DNA of 63,531 nucleotides, the filler included, from Octopus bimaculoides (lineage: Eukaryota): assembly GCF_001194135.2 (NCBI RefSeq). It is 4 parts of 4 records of this genome, joined end to end, with 100 filler letters (N's around TTAATTAATTAA, not from the genome) between each part and the next. Parts side by side here need not be neighbours in the genome. Positions count along the whole stretch, not along the records: positions 16,986 to 46,752 come from NC_069007.1; 3 more parts are not named here. One strand, given 5' to 3'. Below the pieces are notes generated by a model, which worked only from the letters and a program-made list of their open reading frames with translations, did not search any database and was not told the DNA's origin. Position 1 is the first letter of the stretch. Each line of letters starts with the position of its first letter. Positions 36,141 through 46,286 of the stretch are shown piece after piece. The position numbers and the translations under genes were made by a program.

Positions 36141-37330
36141 CATAGACATACCTGATTCTGTAGTATTGCTTTACAAAGTATTGGATAAATGTCCTACATA
36201 ACTTCCATATCTTTTTCTGAAAATTTCTTTGTATTTTTTATATTTTAAACACTGGTTTTGCCTAATTGCAAGAGTTTACCATTTTTGTTCCATTCATTTC
36301 AAGTATGTGCCTGGTGGTATTTCCCATTTGCATTTTTTTTTTCATAGGTGCAGGGGTGGCTGTGTGGTAAAACTATCGAAAATCAATTCTATTCAAAAAT
36401 ATAGCTAATCTTTAGGTCAAAATACAACAATAATAAAAATAAAAGAATGCATATATCAACCAACAATAAATAACAAATGAATGCATATAAAATACTTATA
36501 ATATTAAGATAGAAAAATATTAAAAATATCAAAATTATAAACGTTCGATAATTAACTTTATGTTTATTATAATATAAGCTAACAGGAATATTATATGCAA
36601 AAACTAATTTTAGCAAATCTTTCGTTTAAAATACAATTTGAAGATTTTAATTGCTGGTGCCATGTAAAAAGCACTGGTGATGGTGCCACATAAAAGGCAC
36701 CCAGTACACTCTGGAGTGGTTGGCACTAGAGACCAAGCCGAAACAGACTATGAAATCTGATACAGCCTCTGGTCTTACCAGTTCCTGTCAAGCCATCCAA
36801 CCCATGCCAGCATGGAAAACAGACATTAAATGATGATGATGATGGTGATGATGATAATGAATAATAGAAGGAAGCGGAGGTGGAGGATACCTCATCACCA
36901 TTCTTTTTTATGACATCATCAATAGAAACCCAATCACCAATAGACATCTTTAACAGAAACCTAAGTGTTTGTGTTCTAAATAAAAGAAATCCTTCCTCCA
37001 ACAATAACAGAATGAAATAAACAAAGTATATTTTGTAACATGTTTATAAAATATACATTCATTCATGCATACGTGTGTATATACACACACACACATCTGC
37101 GCACACTCACACACATATGCATACACCCACACACATATGCATACAATAAAGAATATTGGTGGCTTGCAGTGTGTCAAATGGGATAAATAAACTCCATCTC
37201 TGACACAACAACAACAACATTAACTGCTGTTGTTAACACTACAACAAATACTACTATTAATAATAATAATAATAATATTCCTTTCTACAACAATAGTAAC
37301 TGGATCTTTTATTTACCGCAAAGTCAACAA

Positions 37331-38167
37331 ATGGGCACCATTAGGAAGAGCAGAAATGAAAATAATAATAATGTTGATACCGTCACCTCATCTACCAGAG
37401 TTATTTCCTCTAACCTCAGCCATGTCATTATTCTAATAAGCATTTTAATAGTCCAGCTGCAGCAAAAAGGCATCATGGCATTTCGCGTCAATATCTCAGC
37501 CAGACACCGACATGTGTTCAAAGCACATTTGTTCCGAGAACATGCATCAATCCAGTTACATGGTCAGATATCAGCAGGAGAAAGAGCGTTTCTCCTCCAT
37601 CAGGCAGCAGCCATTGGGGCCAATCGAACCAAACCCAACAACACGTCGCTTGCGACCCCTGGTGGTATGATGAATGATAATGTTCATGACGGTGATGATA
37701 GTGCTGAAGGGGAATCAATGACCTTGACCCAAACTTACGACGATAACAGCAAAGTTCCGAAAGATTTAAATGTGGTGGATGAAATCCGCACCCTTCTGAA
37801 TTTACCAAACGAAATGAGGGACCCAGCAGCGGGGGAAGCCACTTCAAAAGAACAGGAGCAGTACCAAATGAACCAACAAGAGTCGGAGATGGGTGCAGAG
37901 GGAGAAGATAGTGATGACGATGAACTGGAATATGAAGATTATAATTATGAAGAGAACAATAACCAAATCTACATCTTTGACAACAACAACGAAACCAATG
38001 ATAATTATTATGGGTATAAGATACCAAGTGTTCTCTTCATTTTCGTCATATCCATGAATGTCACAATGACAATATTGTACCTTGGCATCTTTGCAATGGC
38101 ATTATTCTTGTCATCAGAGAAAAGAGTCCAAAAGATTAAATTAACAGACATCTGTACTAAAATATGA
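37331..38167 (+). CDS. Intronless 278-aa orphan ORF, predicted single-pass membrane glycoprotein
   Basis: 837-nt stop-free frame in unique, non-repetitive sequence; caaATGG context; hydrophobic VIILISILIV segment; several N-x-S/T sequons; acidic D/E tract; C-terminal hydrophobic segment followed by a basic tail. Confidence 0.6.
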   Translation: MGTIRKSRNENNNNVDTVTSSTRVISSNLSHVIILISILIVQLQQKGIMAFRVNISARHRHVFKAHLFREHASIQLHGQISAGERAFLLHQAAAIGANRTKPNNTSLATPGGMMNDNVHDGDDSAEGESMTLTQTYDDNSKVPKDLNVVDEIRTLLNLPNEMRDPAAGEATSKEQEQYQMNQQESEMGAEGEDSDDDELEYEDYNYEENNNQIYIFDNNNETNDNYYGYKIPSVLFIFVISMNVTMTILYLGIFAMALFLSSEKRVQKIKLTDICTKI

Positions 38168-38748
38168 TTTTATACACACATACACACACACATATATATA
38201 TATATATATATCATCCCACCAAAATACAATATTATTTGCAAGTTTCTATAAATTGTTTTTGTAGTTTTTAATGCTTTTATTATTAGAATCGGATTCTTTT
38301 GTATTCCATATTGCATTTATTTAGAACATAAGTCTACAACTATGCCTTACAGGTCAAAGTGGTTTGCAACCTCATTTCATCCAGCCCACCATTTTATTGA
38401 AAATGTGATGTTGCACAGACAAATCCTTTGTTGTCTTAATCCATCTTTCTTCAGCAAACAATAAAAATCTCATTTTTGTAATGGGCTCAAATGAATCAGT
38501 TTCATAGTTAAAAAAAAAAAAACAAAGAAGAAAAAGGCAAGATCCTTTCGCATGGTAAAAATGTAAGTTTCCACTGGATAAGATACAGTAATACCTCGGT
38601 TTTTGAACACCTCTGAACATGACTAAATCATGCTTTATATATATATATATATATAAAGCACGATTTATTCGTGATCAGAGCTGTTCGAAAACCGGGGTAC
38701 TATACTGTATTATACATTTTTTACTTTCCTAATAATCAGGACAACAGA

Positions 38749-38947
38749 TACTCTCTTTACTCTTTTACTTGTTTCAGTCATTTGACTGTGGCCATGCTGG
38801 AGCACCGCCTTTTAGTCGAGCAAATCGACCCCAGGACATATTCTTTGTAAACCTAATACTTATTCTATCGGTCTCTTTTGCCGAACCGCTAAGCTACGGG
38901 GACATAAACACACCAGCATCGATTGTCAAGCGATGTTGGGGGTACAA

Positions 38948-38980
<33 letters not shown>

Positions 38981-39158
38981 CATATACATATATACGACGG
39001 GCTTCTTTCAGTTTCCATCTACCAAATCCACTCACAAAGCTTTGGTCAGCCCGAGGCTATAGTAGAAGACACTTGCCCAAGGTGCCACGCAGTGGGACTG
39101 AACCCAGAACCATGTGGTTGGTAAGCAAGCTACTTACCACACAGCCACTCCTACGCCT
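38749..39158 (-). mobile_element. SINE family A, full length
   Basis: Same head, body and tail as the other copies. Confidence 0.88.
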
Positions 39159-39565
39159 ATACTGGGAGCATCTCATAAATTATCATAATATAAATTGCAT
39201 GGGATAAGGTGGTGAGCAAGCAGAAGTGTTACTGAGCAAGGCAAAATGCTTTGCAGCATTTCAATAGTCTTTACATTAAGAGTTCAAATTCCGCCTTTGT
39301 TTAAGAAAAAATATAGACTACAGGTAGTCTTGACATGTCTGTGTAGTAAGGTCGGTGGTGTCTCGACAAAAAATCATCACCCAGTTTGCACTTTTGAAGA
39401 CACACAGAATAAGAAACCTACTTGAAAAGCTGTAGGAAGAGAAAGGCCATTTGGCTCTTAAAAAAAAATGTGTCAGTAACATATTCATCTAACCAATGCA
39501 AACATGGAAAAACACATGAAAACAAACAAAAGAAAGAAAATACATAATTCATATATATATATATC

Positions 39566-39935
39566 TTTTACCTTTTACTTGTTTCAGTCATTAGACTGCA
39601 GCCATACTGGGATACTACTTCAAAGACTTTTAGTCAAACAAATCGATCTCAGTACGTAAATTGCTTTATGCCTGGTATTTATTTTATTGGTTTCATTCGT
39701 TGAACTGCTAGGTTAAGGGGTTGTAAACACATGGACACTGGTTGTCAAGTGGTGGTAGGGAGAAAACACACTAACACACACACACACACATATATATATA
39801 CATACACACACATAAGGTTTTATTCAGCCTGAGGCTATAGTCAAAGACACTTGCCCAAGGTGCCAAGCAGTAGAACTGAACCTGGAACCATGTGGTTGGG
39901 AAGCAAATTTGTTACCACACAGCCATGCCTGCACC
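39566..39935 (-). mobile_element. SINE family A, older and diverged
   Basis: Same plan with many substitutions. Confidence 0.75.
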
Positions 39936-39966
39936 TGTCTATCTATAGATATGCATATACATATAC

Positions 39967-40041
<75 letters not shown>

Positions 40042-40165
40042 TATATATATATGTACATTATGTAATACATAATATATACATGCAAACACACATATATACA
40101 AACATATAATTGCACGCATGCACACACACATAATATACAGGTATGAATAGGTCTGTATTTGAAGG

Positions 40166-40303
40166 CTAAACTTGTGAAGATTCATCTTTGACCTGGACAG
40201 GCAGTATGATGGGTTGCTGTAGAGTGTTGTGGTTCTCCTCCGTAGAAGATACTGAGGGGAGACAGCCGTTCATGTCAAAGCAGACACTTGCTTCTTTCAG
40301 CAC
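40166..40303 (-). CDS. TMEM98: TMEM98 last exon (VLKEASVCFDMNGCLPSVSSTEENHNTLQQPIILPVQVKDESSQV*)
   Basis: ctgtag acceptor, phase 0; VLKEA matches vertebrate VLREA; ends at TAG. Confidence 0.85.
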   Translation of the reverse strand: MLKEASVCFDMNGCLPSVSSTEENHNTLQQPIILPVQVKDESSQV

Positions 40304-43300
40304 CTACAGTGACAGGAAGAAACAACAATGACAAAAACAATGTTTAGTAACATTGAACATGAAACAGCAACAAGAACAAGAACAAGAACAACTTCAATAG
40401 CAACAATACCAATAGAAGACAAAACAAAAAAACACCAAAGTGGTAGACTTAGTCATGCACCGAGGTTAACACAACCATAATGCCCACCACCACTGGTTTG
40501 GGTCCTGGCGTGTTTTTTATGAATTGCACACAGTCGCAATTGCACACATAGGCGCAGAAGTGGCTGTGTGGTAAGTAGCTTGCTTACCAACCACATGGTT
40601 CCGGGTTCAGTCCCACTGCGTGGCACCTTGGGCAAGTGTCCTCTACTATAGCCTCGGGCCGACCAAAGCCTTGTGAGTGGATTTGGTAGACGGAAACTGA
40701 AAGAAGCCCGTCATATATATGTATATATATATATATGTATATGTGTGTGTGGTATGTTTGTGTGTCTGTGTTTGTCCCCCTAGCATTGCTTGACAACTAA
40801 TGCTGGTTTGTTTATGTCCCCGTCACTTAGCGGTTCAGCAAAAAGAGACCGATAGAATAAGTACCAGGCTTACAAAAGAATAAGTCCCAGGGTCGATTTG
40901 CTCGACTAAAAGCGGTGCTCCAGCATGGCCGCAGTCAAATGACTGAAACAAGTAAAAGAGTAAAGTCGTGGTAACTTTCAGATCAGGTCTTCTTGTCCAG
41001 GAGTAAACAATTCAGTAGCTAGATACACTGCTTCCAACAACAGCAACCACCCGTGTGTTTATAGGCTCTCTTTCTATTTCTTCTCAGTCATCTCATGTTT
41101 GTTTTGGCGACTTTGTTTTAAACTAATTTAAAACAAGTCCTCTCACTGGTTGAAAAGATTTCAGCTGAAATCATTCTAGATTTTAGCTAGAATTGTTCTA
41201 AAAAGTATTTCAGAACGAACACTTCTAGAAACTTCCATGGGAAGTTATAAAAGTCTGGATTTTTTCCGATTTTAGCTANNNNNNNNNNNNNNNNNNNNNN
41301 NNNNNNNNNNNNNNNNNNNNNNNNNNNNNNNNNNNNNNNNNNNNNNNNNNNNNNNNNNNNNNNNNNNNNNNNNNNNNNNNNNNNNNNNNNNNNNNNNNNN
41401 NNNNNNNNNNNNNNNNNNNNNNNNNNNNNNNNNNNNNNNNNNNNNNNNNNNNNNNNNNNNNNNNNNNNNNNNNNNNNNNNNNNNNNNNNNNNNNNNNNNN
41501 NNNNNNNNNNNNNNNNNNNNNNNNNNNNNNNNNNNNNNNNNNNNNNNNNNNNNNNNNNNNNNNNNNNNNNNNNNNNNNNNNNNNNNNNNNNNNNNNNNNN
41601 NNNNNNNNNNNNNNNNNNNNNNNNNNNNNNNNNNNNNNNNNNNNNNNNNNNNNNNNNNNNNNNNNNNNNNNNNNNNNNNNNNNNNNNNNNNNNNNNNNNN
41701 NNNNNNNNNNNNNNNNNNNNNNNNNNNNNNNNNNNNNNNNNNNNNNNNNNNNNNNNNNNNNNNNNNNNNNNNNNNNNNNNNNNNNNNNNNNNNNNNNNNN
41801 NNNNNNNNNNNNNNNNNNNNNNNNNNNNNNNNNNNNNNNNNNNNNNNNNNNNNNNNNNNNNNNNNNNNNNNNNNNNNNNNNNNNNNNNNNNNNNNNNNNN
41901 NNNNNNNNNNNNNNNNNNNNNNNNNNNNNNNNNNNNNNNNNNNNNNNNNNNNNNNNNNAGATTTCAGCTGAAATCATTCTAGATTTTAGCTAGAATTGTT
42001 CTAAAAAGTATTTCAGAACGAACACTTCTAGAAACTTCCATGGGAAGTTATAAAAGTCTGGATTTTTTCCGATTTTAGCTGAAATCATTCTAGATTTTAG
42101 CTAGAATTGTTCTAAAAAGTATTTCAGAATGAACACTTCTAGAAACTTCCATGGGAAGTTATAAAAGTCTGGATTTTTTCCGATTTTAGCTAGTGGATAT
42201 CTAGTCTTCTGGAAGCTATGTCACTGACTCACTCTCACATACATTTTGTTGTATTCAATCGTTCTTGCTATGTTGATACAACATGCTTGCTTTCCTCCAC
42301 AATGGCCTTAAATCATATATCTTATTTATCTTTAGATCAGTTGAAAGGAACTAGATAAGAGATTCAGCTCTTGTCATCTCTCTACATGAAAGATAACTTT
42401 TAGACCAAAAAGAATTAGATTCGATTTCCGGCTATGCTCTTGTGGCTTACACTTGTCTCTATTGACGAAGGGAGATTACTCTAGGCTGCTTAAACGAGAA
42501 TCCAATGGAAATATTTTGGAATTGATGTTTTAGCATTTCTCCACAAATGTATTTTGACGATGCTTGACATTTTACCAACAGCAAGTATGAAAGAATTTAG
42601 TTTTAATGAAAGGCACATTCATGTCACTCGCAACACATTGTGTCAATTTGAAGATATTATCTCCGGAGGAATATATTATTGACCACATAATGATGATGGC
42701 ACTCCGTTGCTTACGACGTCGAGGGTTCCAGTTGATCCGATCAACGGAACAGCCTGCTCGTGAAATTAACGTGCAAGTGGCTGAGCACTCCACAGACACG
42801 TGTACCCTTAACGTAGCTCTCGGGGATATTCAGCGTGACACAGAGTGTGACAAGGCTGACCCTTTGAAATACAGGCACAACAGAAACAGGAAGTAAGAGT
42901 GAGAGAAAGTTGTGGTGGAAGAGTACAGCAGGGTTCGCCACCATCCCCTGCCGGAGCCTCGAGGAGCTTTTAGGTGTTTTCGCTCAATAAACACTCACAA
43001 CGCCCGGTCTGGGAATCGAAACCGCGATCCTATGACCGCGAGTCCGCTGCCCTACCACTGGGCCATTGCGCTTCCACTTGACCACAGAATAAGTTGAAGA
43101 CAACCAAATAGAAAATGTAGAACGGAATACAACACTAAAGTATATAATGTCTGGCATGGTAATGGCTGGAACACAACAGATAACACTAATTAATACAAGC
43201 TAAGGAGAGGGCCTACTATAAAATACAATTGCTTTTCTGTCTTAAAAAGATCTAAAGACCAAACTTAAGGTAAGATAATAAAAACAGCAGCAGCAGTCAA

Positions 43301-46286
43301 ATTCTTACAACTTTGTTCTGACTTCAAATCCCACCATGAGGTATTTGACTTCTAAACTTGATGCATGATTTAATACCACTACCTGGCACCCTGGGTGCCT
43401 TTAATGACGTCAACTTTATTACAAGCATTTGAGCCATGTCTGTAGATTGAGGATATCCTCTTCTCACCTCCCTATCAGTCTTGGTGGCCCTGTAAAGGGC
43501 CATGGTACAGCCCTTTCCACCTGACTGAAAATATGAAAAAAATAATACAATTTTAACTGTGGAGTTCTGCAGAAGACAATCTTACCTTCAAATGGTCCTC
43601 AACATCAGCTAAGGACTGATCAGTCCAATCAAGGGTTCCAGCCAAGCTGTAGGCATTCTTCACAACACAGACAAGGTGATTCAGGGATAATACAAGGGCT
43701 GTACACCTATAAACATAAATTTGAAGAATTCGACTTTCAGCAGGTTGCAAAGTAAGAGAGGCTATGAATAATCTATGTAAACCTACATAGACTAGCTCAT
43801 GGAGGTTTGGTTTTCATACAAGCATTCAAATGATAGGCAGAGATTTTGACATTTTTTCAAGGCCATCAAAGGCTTGTGAAAGAGAAGGAAGGAAAAGCGG
43901 TTATTGTTAAACTCAACACCTAGCCTGAATTCATGCAACAGAGGCATCAAGGTGACTTGTTCGTGCTACCCATCACAGCCCTAAAGATAATTTAGGAGGT
44001 CACTGGGGCAACATCCTGTGTCTGTATGGAGCTGGTTAATTAAGGTTATTGTTGGATGACCAATCTGTGTATATTCCTGTTGAGACATCCATCCAAGTGT
44101 CTCACTAATGAATTCTTGCTTACCTCTCCAACAATGTTCTATAAAAAATGTCTCTCTCTAGTAAAACCAGTAATGACAAGAATATCTTAGTTTTTGATCA
44201 GATGCTTTTTCTAGAAGATATTCGAAACATCTGTAACATTCAGGTGTACGTGCAATGAAACATTTCCTCCAGGTGTTTGGTGGGTATCCAAGTAGTGGAC
44301 TTATACAGAAGCACCGATTGTGAGAGTGAACCAGAGCTTAAAAAAGTTAACTTCAATTAAAAAAAACCCCAACAGTTAGGTATGGTGTTTTACTAAATGA
44401 TGGATTGATGTTGTACAGACAGGTTAGTCAAGGGTAGTAAATCTGTTTGATCACACCTGGACTGGGGCCAAACAAAAATAACATTAAAAATAATTAAGGA
44501 ACAGAGAAAAGAACAAGAAATTCACAGACCTGGCTTCAAGGAGACGGGGATCAAGTGGTGGGTACATGGAACGAACAACATCATCGACCCTTGGGCAAAT
44601 CCGTTTTGTCACAGCCACTATGTCATTCATTGATTCTGCAGTGTGAATCTGCTGAGAGCTGCTCATTGCCATAGCAACCAGTTTGTTTGTGAGGTAATGG
44701 CATGTCTTCAGTATGGCAATGCAGTGTGGCACCAAACCACTGGCAAAGGCAACAACCGGAACCATGATAAAAGTAGAAGAAAAGTGAAAGGGTTACCTGT
44801 ATGCTTCATACCTTCTATGTTGATATGTATTTCAACACACATTTAATCTAACATTATTTGTAATGTCTGAAACAAGTATAGGGTGGCCCAAAGGTAGGTT
44901 TACAGTTATCACGTTGGCACTTTAAATTTCTTTTAAAACATTCTATTACACTTAAATATCTATCTTACAATTAACTAAATTAGAACAGAATAATGGTTTA
45001 ATATTTTCTTATAATTATGCGAAAATAGGTGGGGTAGATTTGATGGGACAGCTTTTACCACAACTTTCTCTTACTCTTACTTGTAATTGAAAGGGTCAGC
45101 CCTGTCACAGTCTGTGTCACGCTGAATATCCCCGAGAACTACGTTAAGGGTACACATGTCTGTATAGTGCTCAGCCACTTGTACGTTAATTTCGCGAGCA
45201 GGCTGTTCCGTTGATCGGATCAACTGGAACCCTCGACATCGTAAGCGACGGAGTGCCAACATATATATATATATATCCTCTCTTAATTTCCTTATTGAAA
45301 TTCTTACTTTTTCACTCCTGTCTCTCTCTCTGTCGCCTCACCTGTTATATCTTATACCTAACTTCTCTCTGTCTCTCTCTCTCTCTCTTTCTCTTTGCAT
45401 TATACTTACGTAGCATCTTCAATATAATGTTCATCTCGTAGAACCTCCTCCAGCTTGGTATTGAGGAAATCAATGTCATCCAGTTCCACCGTGTTGGCTT
45501 CTGGATCCATCTGATCACCACCACCACCACCACCACTGCCCAATGTCCGAAGTAGCTGGACACTGGGGCTGCAAACAACAGAGAATGGACAATATTAACA
45601 TAGGAAGAAAAGAAGAGAAAAAAAGAATTAAAAAAATAGAGAAAGGAAAGAAAATACAAGAGGGAGAAAGAGTAATATCTTCATCACCAGCCATATCAGG
45701 ACAATTACCCCCTAGGACAAATTCCTCCTAGGACAATTACCCCGCTTGGTTAATTACCCCCTCTCCAATATATTGAGAAGTTTTAAATCATCATCTGTTG
45801 TCCTCAGGGGTAATTGTTCTTGGGGAGGTTATTGTCCATGGGAGGGGGTAAATGTCAGACTTCCACCATCACCATATTCCTTGTATGGCGTAAGAGGCAA
45901 CTAAAAGGGGCAGGAGGGGCAGGTGCAAGGGGACTGGGAATCCTCTCCTCCTAGTAAATCCATATTCCTAAAAAGGCAGTAAGTAGCTCTTGATGCCTAC
46001 TAAAACGAAGGGATGGTCCAGCTGGAATGAATTTGATCAGAACTTTACCAATTTAGAGTTAACCTTGGGCTAAACAAGAACATCTCATTCCTGGTCCCAA
46101 ATCCCAACAAAAACAAAAAAAAAAAAAAAGAAAAACAAACCTGCTTTCTTTGTGCATCATGGTAATAAGATCAACATGTCTGCAATGACAGTTTTTGCAA
46201 ATCACTACCAATGCAACAACTGCTGCAATGGTGATTGCAGCTAAAATACCAATGGCTAGTGCTACCACTGTATTTAAACTCTCCAT
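40166..46286 (-). CDS. TMEM98: Transmembrane protein 98, 5 coding exons: 46286-46141, 45568-45410, 44739-44530, 43706-43586, 40303-40166 (257 aa)
   Basis: GT-AG introns, phases 2-2-2-0, 774 nt. The translation has an N-terminal TM (VVALAIGILAAI..VALVVIC), ELDD, EDATGLVPHCIAILK, PRVDDVVRSMYPPLDPRLLEAR and LDWTDQSL...HLKVLKEA, matching the TMEM98 family from memory. Confidence 0.95.
40550..40965 (+). mobile_element. SINE family A, full length, in the last TMEM98 intron
   Basis: aggcgcagaagtggctgtgtgg head, ggttcagtccc B-box, gaaacaagtaaaagagta tail. Confidence 0.9.
41159..42191. repeat. 111-bp direct repeat units flanking a gap
   Basis: gctgaaatc recurs at 41967 and 42078; one more unit lies left of the gap. 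Confidence 0.85.
42690..43077 (-). mobile_element. SINE family B, full length
   Basis: Closely matches 19862-20226. Confidence 0.88.
43586..43706 (-). CDS. TMEM98: TMEM98 exon (CTALVLSLNHLVCVVKNAYSLAGTLDWTDQSLADVEDHLK)
   Basis: ttatag acceptor, gtaaga donor, 121 nt. Confidence 0.93.
44530..44739 (-). CDS. TMEM98: TMEM98 exon (GLVPHCIAILKTCHYLTNKLVAM...PPLDPRLLEA)
   Basis: tgccag acceptor, gtctgt donor, 210 nt; most conserved block. Confidence 0.95.
45060..45260 (+). mobile_element. SINE family B, 3' half
   Basis: Reverse complement of the family B body. Confidence 0.8.
45410..45568 (-). CDS. TMEM98: TMEM98 exon (PSVQLLRTLGSGGGGGGDQMDPEANTVELDDIDFLNTKLEEVLRDEHYIEDA)
   Basis: ttgcag acceptor, gtaagt donor, 159 nt. 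Confidence 0.92.
45695..45860. mobile_element. Small MITE-like element with repeated ggacaattacccc / ggggtaattgtt subterminal motifs
   Basis: Three left motifs face three inverted right motifs; TSD not resolved. Confidence 0.55.
46141..46286 (-). CDS. TMEM98: TMEM98 first coding exon (MESLNTVVALAIGILAAITIAAVVALVVICKNCHCRHVDLITMMHKES); exon extends 5' to an acceptor at 46384
   Basis: ATG at 46286, ag|gtttgt donor; upstream tttcag acceptor implies a non-coding exon further 5'. Confidence 0.92.

Noticed and set aside
37574-37612. Orphan-ORF peptide ERAFLLHQA resembles PTH1R EQIFLLHRA, and SIQLH resembles PTH SEIQLMH
   Set aside because: Matches are too short to exceed chance; no Cys framework and no dibasic or amidation sites for a peptide precursor
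37331-38167. Idea that the orphan ORF is a RAMP homologue
   Set aside because: Its ectodomain has no cysteines, whereas RAMPs need a disulphide-bonded helical domain
41159-42191. CRISPR-like array or satellite
   Set aside because: Units are contiguous with no spacers, the context is eukaryotic, and only 2-3 copies are present
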